Shown here: piece by piece, positions 7,113 to 15,569 of the stretch
Layout: each line of letters starts with the position of its first letter
Position numbering within the stretch: the stretch's first letter is position 1
Assembly: GCA_041736175.1 (NCBI GenBank)
Contig: JBGSUI010000179.1
Location: forward strand, 1-25,911
Direction of reading: 5' to 3'
Length of the DNA stretch: 25,911 bases
Source: Oligoflexales bacterium
GTDB taxonomy: Bacteria > Bdellovibrionota_B > Oligoflexia > Oligoflexales > CAIYRB01
Translations under genes and position numbers: made by a program
The notes under the pieces: generated by a model
Seen by the model: the letters and a program-made list of their open reading frames with translations, nothing else
Databases searched by the model: none
What the model was told of the DNA's origin: nothing

Positions 7113-9458
7113 ATGGCCTCCAAAAAGAACCATTTTTTTCAACGCTACTCTAATAAGATTATCAACCTGACTCTTTGCGCAGCGATTATGCTCGGCTGCC
7201 TGACCATCCTTTGGCGGCATTACCGGAGGGGAGGGGGAGGATCGTCCGACTTGGTCGGACAGATGGAAAATCGGCTCCTTGACCTGCGATTTTTACTACG
7301 GGGCACAAAAAAACCAACAGGTAAGATCGGCATTCTGGCGATAGACGAAAAATCCTTGCAGAAATTTGGAAGGTTTCCATTTTCACGTAAATTCTATGAA
7401 AAGGCATTTAAAAATCTTAAAGATCTTGGCGTCGAATGGGTTGGATTTGACGTGGTTTGGAGTAAGCCAGAATTGCCTCTGTTAGCGGATATTGAACCCA
7501 ATATCAAGCGGCTTCAGCAGCTCGATGGCCCAGGGTGGAAGGAGAGTCTCAGGCGAGAGTTGAGCGATGTGACTAAGAATCAAGAAGCCTCCCTTGCCGA
7601 TCAGTCGATTGCTCGGACGATCAAAGATTTTGAAAAGATCATCCTCGGATTTTTTTATTATGGGTCCGAGGATGAGGCGAGCCAGCTCGGCGAAAAAAGA
7701 TTTAGTGGAGCCGAATATATGGAGGAATCAGCGATTATGGCGCTGGTTTTTCCAGGGAGTTCGGAGCTCAAAGATTATTCTCACTTGGAAACCAAGGGGA
7801 TTGTCGCTAACGATCCTTATATTGCAAAAAGTGCCAAAAATTTTGCCTTTTTTAATAACGAATCCGACTCAGACGCCATTATGAGGTGGGTAACCCTCGT
7901 GCGAAATGTCAACGGCATGCTGATGCCGTCGCTCTCCCTTAAGACTGCCGCCGAAATGCTCGATCGGGATATCATGGTGGAGTTCGACCCCTTTGGCGTG
8001 ATCGATATCAGCCTGGTCAGTCGTAAAGATGATCAGAATCTTCTCAAGATCCCTGTCGACCACAATGGCTATGGTCGGATTCTTATCAACCATCTCGGAC
8101 CTGATAAAACGATCCGGCACATAAGCCTGGCCGATGCCTATGAGGGAAATTTTACAAAAGAAGAGAAGAAGATGCTTAAAGGGATGAGCCTTCTTTTGGG
8201 GCCGACCGCGATCGCGATCAATGACCAAAGAGCTAATCCCTACGATGCAGGTATCAATGGGGTCGAAAACCATGCTGCGGTCATCGATAACATCGCGTCC
8301 CAAAGGTTTATGCGTAGGACAGACAAAATCTACCTCACGGAGATGCTCATCGTCTTCGCTATTGGCCTTATCTTTAGTCCTATGATGGTTTTCAGCAGGG
8401 CGTCCTTATCGGGTTTTGGGGCCTTGGTTTTTGCTATTGGCTACTACTACTTTGACAAATTTATGTGGTTTGGCAAAGGCGATTGGGTCTATATGGCCAT
8501 GCCTTTTATTGAGATCACGTCGCTCTTTGTCGGATCAACCCTTTACAAGTATATTTCGGAGGAGCGAGAAAAAAAGAAAGTCAAAGGTGCGTTTGGCCTC
8601 TATCTTGCTCCCGAGGTTATCGACCAGGTTCTTGATGATCCTGAAGCCTTAAAGCCAGGGGGTGAAAAAAAAGAATTGACAGTCTTTTTTTCGGACGTAA
8701 GGAGTTTTACCACCATTTCCGAGTCTCTCACTCCTGAAAAGTTGTGCGAATTGATGAATGAATACTTTACCCCGATGGCAGATATTATCCTCAAGACAAA
8801 AGGAGTCTTGGATAAGTATATCGGTGACGCTATTATGGCTTTTTGGGGGGCACCGATGGTGCTGCCTAATCATGCTGAGATTGCCGCCTTAGCTTCTATT
8901 GAGATGCTTTACGCTCTAGACAAAATAAAAATGGATTTTCCAAAAAAGGGTTTCCCTCCAGTTGATATTGGAATCGGGCTTAATACGGGTTTTATGTCCG
9001 TAGGAAACATGGGGTCTCCCCAAAGATTCTGTTACACCGTGATGGGTGATTCCGTGAACCTAGGGGCACGGCTTGAGGGTGCGACCAAGGACTATGGCAT
9101 CAAAATCATGATCAGCGAGTTTACTAATGCCAAAATCACGAGAAAAGATATCTTTAGGAGAGATCTTGATGACATTCGCGTCAAGGGAAAAATGGAACCG
9201 GTAAAAGTCTTTGAGCTGATGCGACCAGACCTTTTGAAAAACACCGATAGTATCCAAAATCTTATTGGCCATTTCCACGAGGGAAGACAAGCCTACCGGC
9301 AGCAAGATTGGACTCTCGCCAAAAAACAGTTTGGCGAATGTCTGGCCCTTAGGCCCGATGATGGACCATCCCTGGTCTATTTGGAGCGTATTATTGAGAG
9401 AGAGAAGGAGCCTGTGATTCCAGGGTGGGATGGGGTTTATACGCGGAAGCATAAATAG
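7113..9458 (+). CDS. CHASE2-domain class III adenylate cyclase with C-terminal TPR-like helices
   Basis: CHASE2 signatures (LAIDEKSL..FPFSR, DAIMR, GVENHA), three TM helices; FSDVRSFT, DKYIGDAIMAFWGAP, YTVMGDSVNLGARLEG, VKGK. Lys/Thr specificity residues indicate ATP. Confidence 0.92.
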   Translation: MASKKNHFFQRYSNKIINLTLCAAIMLGCLTILWRHYRRGGGGSSDLVGQMENRLLDLRFLLRGTKKPTGKIGILAIDEKSLQKFGRFPFSRKFYEKAFKNLKDLGVEWVGFDVVWSKPELPLLADIEPNIKRLQQLDGPGWKESLRRELSDVTKNQEASLADQSIARTIKDFEKIILGFFYYGSEDEASQLGEKRFSGAEYMEESAIMALVFPGSSELKDYSHLETKGIVANDPYIAKSAKNFAFFNNESDSDAIMRWVTLVRNVNGMLMPSLSLKTAAEMLDRDIMVEFDPFGVIDISLVSRKDDQNLLKIPVDHNGYGRILINHLGPDKTIRHISLADAYEGNFTKEEKKMLKGMSLLLGPTAIAINDQRANPYDAGINGVENHAAVIDNIASQRFMRRTDKIYLTEMLIVFAIGLIFSPMMVFSRASLSGFGALVFAIGYYYFDKFMWFGKGDWVYMAMPFIEITSLFVGSTLYKYISEEREKKKVKGAFGLYLAPEVIDQVLDDPEALKPGGEKKELTVFFSDVRSFTTISESLTPEKLCELMNEYFTPMADIILKTKGVLDKYIGDAIMAFWGAPMVLPNHAEIAALASIEMLYALDKIKMDFPKKGFPPVDIGIGLNTGFMSVGNMGSPQRFCYTVMGDSVNLGARLEGATKDYGIKIMISEFTNAKITRKDIFRRDLDDIRVKGKMEPVKVFELMRPDLLKNTDSIQNLIGHFHEGRQAYRQQDWTLAKKQFGECLALRPDDGPSLVYLERIIEREKEPVIPGWDGVYTRKHK

Positions 9459-9463
9459 AACGA

Positions 9464-10663
9464 TTACGCCGCAAGCCTTAGATATTTGACCTGGTATTTT
9501 TTAACGACTTCCTCCTCCATCGTAACTCCTAAACCTCGACATCCCTGCTCCAGGGGGAATAGCACATTGGGTAAGGGATTGGTAAGGTCCTTTAAGCTTG
9601 AGCGCCATCCCTGCTGCAATCTCTTAAAGGGGGTGTCGCGCAAGATCAGGCTGCCAAAGCTTGATTCGGTATAGAGAGGTGTCGTCAAGCCTACCATCAC
9701 TCTTGTAGCGGCCTCTAAGAGCGGCGTTTCGCCGACTAAGGCTCCGAGCATGATGTGGGGATTCTGGTCTTCAAGGAGCGAGAGGTGGGCGAGAGCGCCA
9801 GTAAAACCGCCATTTTTTGCCAGTCGCAGGTTTCGGATCACCGATGTTCCTTGCCACCTTTGAGCGTCGTCGATGGTACAAAAATGCTCGTCGACAATGA
9901 TCCGGATCTTGCCTTGAAATTCACTGCAAAGCTTCGCCACGTCTTGATAAGATGTCTGCCCCTTTTTAAGGGGCTCCTCCACTGCTTCGATCCCGCTTTG
10001 GGCTGCTTGCGTTAAAAAAGCCCTCCCATCATCCACTTCGAAGGCCCCATTAGCATCAAGAATCCATCTGATCCCCGATCTTATGGGTTCCGGAATTTGT
10101 TTCATAAGAGTTTGCCATTGGTCGAGAGTTGAAACTTTGATCTTTACATGCTTAAAACCCAAGACATAGAAGCCGACAATCATGGGGAGCTGTTTAGGTC
10201 CTAGCCCTACGGGTCCCGAGAGGGGATTGCCTGGTAAAGGATGGGGAGGGGCTTCGGGTTTTGAAGAACTGCCAAGGAGGGATACCAAGTCTTGATCCAC
10301 GATCTTGGACCAGAGATCATGGATTGCCAAGTCCAATCCCGAGAACGCTGCCAAGCCACCTATTTGTTGCACCCGATCAAATTGTGCTTTCAGTGCAGGT
10401 CTAGGATCCTGTGATAGGTCGATACCGAGCCACTGAGACCCATGGGTACGCAGCCATTCTAAGACAGTCTCAGGAGTCTCTCCCGTAAGATAGGACCTGG
10501 GAATTGACTCACCATAACCATAAAAAGATCTTTCTGGGCCGCTGGCAAGTCCTATCCGTAGCAGGACTGCCTGGTGGGTTTTGTGATGTTTATTGGAATG
10601 GGCAAACCCTATTCTTAGTGGGATATCCACAAACCAGGCTTCGATGGTATTGATTATAGGCAT
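9464..10663 (-). CDS. Enolase-superfamily enzyme, MLE subgroup (epimerase/OSBS-like), function unknown
   Basis: GYGE capping domain, KIK motif, metal ligands DANG/EEP/DE, NLRLAKNGG, GALVGE. Confidence 0.8.
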   Translation of the reverse strand: MPIINTIEAWFVDIPLRIGFAHSNKHHKTHQAVLLRIGLASGPERSFYGYGESIPRSYLTGETPETVLEWLRTHGSQWLGIDLSQDPRPALKAQFDRVQQIGGLAAFSGLDLAIHDLWSKIVDQDLVSLLGSSSKPEAPPHPLPGNPLSGPVGLGPKQLPMIVGFYVLGFKHVKIKVSTLDQWQTLMKQIPEPIRSGIRWILDANGAFEVDDGRAFLTQAAQSGIEAVEEPLKKGQTSYQDVAKLCSEFQGKIRIIVDEHFCTIDDAQRWQGTSVIRNLRLAKNGGFTGALAHLSLLEDQNPHIMLGALVGETPLLEAATRVMVGLTTPLYTESSFGSLILRDTPFKRLQQGWRSSLKDLTNPLPNVLFPLEQGCRGLGVTMEEEVVKKYQVKYLRLAA

Positions 10664-10720
10664 GGGGAGTGTTTATTTTTCTTTGGTGGCCTTATTTCCC
10701 GCCCACAGGTAGCCTTGAAG

Positions 10721-11608
10721 TTAACTTGTTTGCTTAAGGGAGCTGGCTTCGGATTCAGGTAAAGTCTTTTCTATTTTGGCTATCTGGAGTGCAAGCTCCT
10801 CAGGAGCATCGAGTACTAACGAGTGCCCCCCGGCAACGGTCCTAAACCCGAATTCTAATTCTTCGCAAAGCTCAAGTGTTTTTTGAGTATCGATGAGTTG
10901 ATCCTGGCTCGCCAGAACCACCTGTGGGACCATGCTGGACGTCGAAGAGGATGATCGATAGGGGCGAGACTTTAAGACCGCTTGCATTAAAGCCGTCGCG
11001 GCTATAAACCTTGGGCCAATTTTTTTGACTCGATAAGGATCCACTTTAATAAAATCTCTTTGTTTGTCGATTTGGCTAAAATCCTGGGGTTGGTACAAAA
11101 GCTCAAAGCGCCATTGCCTTTCAAAATAAAGATTTTTTAGACTATCCCATGCTGTGGTCAGCCCAAAAGGTTTGCGCAGATAGATTCCGGGTGAGATCGC
11201 TATCACCGAATTGACGACGGGAGTCAGATGTTTGGCCGCATAAAGTAGGTAAAGGCCGCCCCAAGAGAGGCCCAGGAGGTGGATACACTCGTATCTCTCT
11301 CTCAAGATATAAATCAGACTGCATAGCTCATCATAGACGTCATGGAGCGACGAGAGTTCCCCGGAATCTCCTGGACTCTGTCCCCAGCCCATGCGGTCGT
11401 AGGCCATAGTATCGATTCCTACACGCTGGAAAGCATGGGCTAAGGGCTCAAACCAACCGCTATGGCTTTCCGCTCCGTGAACACAGAGGGCGATGGATTG
11501 GTTGGATTTACCTTGCCAACAGCGGGCAAAAAGTGGATGGCCGCTGATGAGTTCAACTAAACCACCTTGTGATTTAGGAAGAATCACCCTAAGTTGGGAG
11601 TCTGGCAT
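10721..11608 (-). CDS. Alpha/beta hydrolase, lysophospholipase/monoglyceride lipase-like
   Basis: VHGAESHSGWF, DRMGWGQS, GLSWGG nucleophile, Asp (QDQLI) and His (GGHSL). Confidence 0.85.
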   Translation of the reverse strand: MPDSQLRVILPKSQGGLVELISGHPLFARCWQGKSNQSIALCVHGAESHSGWFEPLAHAFQRVGIDTMAYDRMGWGQSPGDSGELSSLHDVYDELCSLIYILRERYECIHLLGLSWGGLYLLYAAKHLTPVVNSVIAISPGIYLRKPFGLTTAWDSLKNLYFERQWRFELLYQPQDFSQIDKQRDFIKVDPYRVKKIGPRFIAATALMQAVLKSRPYRSSSSTSSMVPQVVLASQDQLIDTQKTLELCEELEFGFRTVAGGHSLVLDAPEELALQIAKIEKTLPESEASSLKQTS

Positions 11609-11684
11609 AGTTTAGATCCTTTTTTGAGGGCTTCTCTATTATGCCATGAACCGACCCAACTCAGACAGCTTTTTAGAAAGATTC

Positions 11685-12728
11685 CTAGAGGGTTGCCATA
11701 TCGATCACAAACCGATATTTGACATCGGAGCGAAGCATCCGCTCATAGGCTTGATTGATTTGGGAGATGGGAATCACTTCGACATCGCTGGTGATTTTGT
11801 GTTTAGAACAAAAATCAAGCATGTCCTGTGTCTCGGCAATGCCTCCGATCAGGGAACCCGCGATTTTTTTACGACCCATAACCAGCGGAAAGGGCACCAC
11901 TTTAGCGGGTTCGGTCGGCAAACCAACCAGACACAGGGTGCCGTCACGCTTCAGTAGGTTTAGGTAAGCATTCAGATCATGATCTGCAGACACCGTATCC
12001 AGGATAAAGTGAAATTGTCCTTGGCTTTTTTTCATAGCCTCGGGGTCCTTGGAGACCAGGACAGCGTCGGCACCTAACTTAAGGGCGTCGTCTTTTTTGT
12101 GGGCCGATGAGGTGATGCAGGTGACATGGGCTCCAAAAGCCTTGGCGATCTTAACGCCCATATGCCCCAAACCACCAAGCCCAACGATAGCCACCCGTTG
12201 TCCAGGACCAACCTTCCAGTGTTTGAGGGGGGAGAATGTGGTGATCCCGGCACATAACAGGGGTGCTACGGCTTTAAGGTCTAAATTGGGGTCCACCTTT
12301 AAGACAAACTTTTGGTCGACGACGATATTGTTTGAATATCCACCATAGGTTGGGGTTTTTCGGTCCCGTTCGTAGCTGTTGTAGGTACCCACAAAACCGG
12401 TTTCACAGTATTGTTCGAGACCATCATGACAGCTTGGACAGGTGCGGCAGGAGTCCACGAGGCAGCCGACCCCGACGGTGTCACCGACTTTAAATCCTCG
12501 GACTGCAGGTCCGATTTTTTGCACCACACCGACGATTTCGTGGCCTGGAACCATGGGGAAAATCCCACCACCCCATTCGTCGCGGGCTTGGTGGAGATCG
12601 GAATGGCAGACTCCACAGTATTTGATATCGATCAGAACATCATCGGGTTTGACGTCACGTCGCTGGAACTGATAAGCAGCTAATGGGGTCGTGGGATTTT
12701 GAGCTGCATAACCTTTACTTGGAATCAT
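11685..12728 (-). CDS. Zn-dependent NADP(H) alcohol dehydrogenase/aldehyde reductase (CAD/YahK-like)
   Basis: CGVCHSD, GHEIVG, structural Zn CxxCxxCx7C, PLLCAGIT, GLGGLG, DVKYRFVID. Confidence 0.95.
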   Translation of the reverse strand: MIPSKGYAAQNPTTPLAAYQFQRRDVKPDDVLIDIKYCGVCHSDLHQARDEWGGGIFPMVPGHEIVGVVQKIGPAVRGFKVGDTVGVGCLVDSCRTCPSCHDGLEQYCETGFVGTYNSYERDRKTPTYGGYSNNIVVDQKFVLKVDPNLDLKAVAPLLCAGITTFSPLKHWKVGPGQRVAIVGLGGLGHMGVKIAKAFGAHVTCITSSAHKKDDALKLGADAVLVSKDPEAMKKSQGQFHFILDTVSADHDLNAYLNLLKRDGTLCLVGLPTEPAKVVPFPLVMGRKKIAGSLIGGIAETQDMLDFCSKHKITSDVEVIPISQINQAYERMLRSDVKYRFVIDMATL

Positions 12729-12888
12729 GGAATGTGCCCCTTTCGAAGGTTCGGTGATCCACTTGACTCGTCGAGTCGTCGTTATTGTGACCTGGATTTT
12801 TGGGTTTTGTCAATTTTATTTTTAGGCAAAACATAGGCAAGAAACCACAGTTTCTGATCACACCAGATCAGCGTAAGGCAAAAGTGCC

Positions 12889-13284
12889 ATGGAAATCACC
12901 TACACCACAGCGTCCTTGCTCTTTCCAGCTATCTCACTCTTTATGCTGGCGTACACCAATCGCTTTTTGGCGATAGCGTCCTTAGTCCGCAACCTGCACC
13001 AAACCTATAAGTCTACAAAGCGCCCAACGCTTCTGGGCCAAATCAAAAATTTGCGGACCCGACTGCGGCTTATCCGGGACATGCAGATTTGTGGTGCTCT
13101 AAGCTTTAGCCTATGTGTGATTTGCCTGATGGGGCTCTTCTTAAAACAAACTGCGTTTGCAACCGCAGCATTTGGGGCTAGCCTGATTTTGATGCTAGCA
13201 TCCCTGTTGCTTTCTCTTATGGAGATCCATATCTCTATCGATGCACTCAATATCCACCTTACGGATCTCAGCGAAGATCAGTAG
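12889..13284 (+). CDS. DUF2721-family small membrane protein
   Basis: LLFPAISLFMLAYTNRFLAIASLVRNLH N-terminus, QIxxLxxR, two C-terminal TM helices, EIxIS. Confidence 0.8.
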   Translation: MEITYTTASLLFPAISLFMLAYTNRFLAIASLVRNLHQTYKSTKRPTLLGQIKNLRTRLRLIRDMQICGALSFSLCVICLMGLFLKQTAFATAAFGASLILMLASLLLSLMEIHISIDALNIHLTDLSEDQ

Positions 13285-13306
13285 GAAAAAGGTCGTCTAG
13301 TCTAAA

Positions 13307-13336
13307 TAAAAAATCAAAAACCCCATAAATGGGGTT
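13307..13336 (-). terminator. Intrinsic terminator of the repeat lipoprotein gene
   Basis: Minus strand AACCCCA-ttta-TGGGGTT followed by TTTGATTTTTT, about 30 nt after the stop. Confidence 0.65.
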
Positions 13337-13367
13337 GTGGACACAATGAACCTGGGAATTAAGATTC

Positions 13368-14228
13368 CTAGTAGCTGCCACCGTTGTAGGTGCTGCCACC
13401 GTTGTAGGTGCTGCCACCGTTGTAGGTGCTGCCACCGTTGTAGGTGCCGCCACCGTTGTAGGTGCCGCCACCGTTGTAGGTGCCGCCACCGTTGTAGGTG
13501 CTGCCACCGTTGTAGGTGCTGCCACCGTTGTAGGTACCGCCACCGTTGTAGGTGCTGCCACCGTTGTAGGTGCCGCCACCGTTGTAGGTGCTGCCACCGT
13601 TGTAGGTGCCGCCACCGTTGTAGGTGCCGCCACCGTTGTAGGTGCCGCCACCGTTGTAAGTGCCGCCACCGTTGTAAGTGCCGCCACCGTTTTGACCATA
13701 AGAACTGTAGCCGTAGTTGGCATAAGTTTGTGGTCGGTCATAGGAATAATAGTTATATCCGCCATATCCGTAGATTTGGGGGGTCGAGTTATAGGCGTAG
13801 CTGTTACCGTGGGAGTAATAGCTTGGTTGGTAGCAGCTATTGAAATTGTAGTTGTTGGAATATCCACTTGAATAACGCCCAAAAAACCATGATTGCGTTG
13901 AAGACGTTTTGTCGAGTTCATCTTCGTTAGCGATTGATTCAGGGCTTACTGCGTTATCAAAAGCTGCAGGAATCTCTGAATCACCTCTTGTAAGAGGCTG
14001 GTCTTGAAGTCTTAATGCAGCTTTCGTAAGGTCTTCCTTGCCATCCGCGCTAACTGGTACACGAACCAAGACTGCAGCTGGTAGTGCCACAGGGATTGCT
14101 TGGGTCTCAGGAGCTGAGTTCTCGGATTTTGGGGCAGGAGCAGCAGATTCGTCCTTCTTTTTTGAATGGCTGCCGCAGCCTAAAACAGTTAAAGTTGACA
14201 GTAAAAAAACAGCATTAATAGAATTCAT
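13368..14228 (-). CDS. Lipoprotein with Tyr/Gly/Asn/Ser low-complexity tail and 17 GG[G/S]TYN repeats
   Basis: Signal peptide and lipobox VLGC, Lys/Ala/Pro tether, non-repetitive middle domain, Y/G/N/S-rich region, repeats; AAGGG RBS; downstream terminator. Confidence 0.85.
   Translation of the reverse strand: MNSINAVFLLSTLTVLGCGSHSKKKDESAAPAPKSENSAPETQAIPVALPAAVLVRVPVSADGKEDLTKAALRLQDQPLTRGDSEIPAAFDNAVSPESIANEDELDKTSSTQSWFFGRYSSGYSNNYNFNSCYQPSYYSHGNSYAYNSTPQIYGYGGYNYYSYDRPQTYANYGYSSYGQNGGGTYNGGGTYNGGGTYNGGGTYNGGGTYNGGSTYNGGGTYNGGSTYNGGGTYNGGSTYNGGSTYNGGGTYNGGGTYNGGGTYNGGSTYNGGSTYNGGSTYNGGSY
13374..13691. repeat. 18-bp coding tandem repeat, 17 full units plus a partial unit (consensus gc[c/t]gccaccgttgtaggt)
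   Basis: Head-to-tail units with no spacers; variation is mainly a Gly/Ser codon switch plus a few synonymous changes. Confidence 0.97.
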
Positions 14229-14278
14229 GTTTAAACCCTTTCATTTTGGTGAATTGAGTTATAACACGACTTGAAAAT

Positions 14279-14293
14279 ATAAACAATGTTTAT
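14279..14293. promoter_or_regulatory. Inverted repeat ATAAACA-a-TGTTTAT, candidate operator
   Basis: Perfect 7-1-7 palindrome about 50 nt upstream of the repeat lipoprotein start, in AT-rich DNA. Confidence 0.3.
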
Positions 14294-14341
14294 TTATAAA
14301 AATACGCATAGCCAAGATAAATAAGGTTAATATCATTCACC

Positions 14342-15319
14342 TTAAGGTCTCTCAAGAAACTTTCCCGTCTGTGTTTCAATACCATTTGTCATCTGGTAGG
14401 TAGGTGCTTCAAGTCCAGACTTGAACTCAACAAAACCCCACCACTGGTTAATGGTAAACAAAAACTTGCCGCTGGAAAAATAAGTCTTATCGAGTTCAAT
14501 GGTGATCTTGCCTTGGCTTGTCCCTATAAAAGATACGATCTCTGGCTGAAGGGCAGAGAGCTTGGTGGTTTCCCTGATCCAACTCACGCGACAGCCCTCT
14601 TCTAACTCCATTTTTCCAAAAGTCTTGGTCACGCGACATGGAGTGCCATCGGTGGACTGGACCGCCGATTGGATCTTTTCCTCGTCAAGTGTGACCTCTT
14701 TGCCCCCTTCATTTCCGATCCTTTGGGTGGCTGCCTGGAGGTTGCTGACCAGGAGTAACACTCCGTCCAGACACTTAGAAAGCCCGTCGTTAATCCATTG
14801 CCACTTGAAACCACTGGCTCCTAACGCACTAAGCTCCCCAAGGGTGCACTGCATGCCACCCACCATGCGGAATTGAGTGAGGCGGTCACTCGGTTCCCCA
14901 GCCAATGCTTGCGGATTGCAGGCTTCAGGCTTATCGATGGGTCCCAGGCCCGAAAGGGTGGCGAGAGGGCCTTTCCCTTGAAGGACGGTCTTTTTCATCA
15001 TTAAAGATTCACATCCCGATCTGCTTGTTGGTGGGATGGTATTCCATGGTTGAATGATCCCTTTGGTTTTTTGCAGCCACTCGATAGCCTCGTGGGCTTG
15101 GAGTTTGACCTGATCCTTTGGCGGATTCCAGGGATGCAAAAAAGCTTTAGGAAGGCCGTATAAACTGCTGTTGGGGGTTGGAGGGAGTGTCCAATGGACT
15201 GGTTTCCATTCTGCAGCTTGGGGCTGTGAATCCAATCCATCTTGAGGTTTATCGTCGGTATGGCGGTCACAGCCTAAAAGGATAAGGATGAATAAACTAT
15301 GGATTAAAAATTTTGGCAT
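14342..15319 (-). CDS. Hypothetical Cys-containing lipoprotein
   Basis: MPKFLIHSLFILILLGC lipobox; GGGAG RBS before ATG 15319; several Cys; no recognised family. Confidence 0.72.
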   Translation of the reverse strand: MPKFLIHSLFILILLGCDRHTDDKPQDGLDSQPQAAEWKPVHWTLPPTPNSSLYGLPKAFLHPWNPPKDQVKLQAHEAIEWLQKTKGIIQPWNTIPPTSRSGCESLMMKKTVLQGKGPLATLSGLGPIDKPEACNPQALAGEPSDRLTQFRMVGGMQCTLGELSALGASGFKWQWINDGLSKCLDGVLLLVSNLQAATQRIGNEGGKEVTLDEEKIQSAVQSTDGTPCRVTKTFGKMELEEGCRVSWIRETTKLSALQPEIVSFIGTSQGKITIELDKTYFSSGKFLFTINQWWGFVEFKSGLEAPTYQMTNGIETQTGKFLERP

Positions 15320-15569
15320 ACTCACTCCCGGTGCTCAGTCTTTTGTCTCTACATAAAGCTGCTGCAAACATCTAGCCAACGTGGATAAGTTTAACTGGCT
15401 AATTCCATTGTGAATATTTGCGTATGAGAGACGGCACAGATGGGAATTTTTGTATAGCTTGGACCCACTGGCTAATGCTTAGACTCCTTGCCGCAGACGG
15501 AAAGCAATGCTAAGATCATGGAATCCCCCTTAATTTTAAGTAAAATATGGATGGAAAGGTATCTCGTTT

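Noticed and set aside
7113..9458. Guanylate cyclase
   Set aside because: Specificity positions are Lys (DKYIGD) and Thr (YTVMGD); the nearby Cys is not at the GC-defining position.
9464..11608. Direct menC/menH assignment
   Set aside because: No menD, menB, menF or menE nearby, and the hydrolase looks lysophospholipase-like; kept only as an analogy.
13374..13691. CRISPR array
   Set aside because: 18-bp head-to-tail units with no unique spacers, in frame within a CDS; no cas genes.
13337..13843. Cys/Arg/His-rich metallothionein-like ORF
   Set aside because: Antisense shadow of the GG[G/S]TYN repeat.
13268..13921. 217-aa AAPTTV mucin-like ORF on the minus strand
   Set aside because: Alternative frame of the same repeat; no signal peptide; runs through the terminator into DUF2721.
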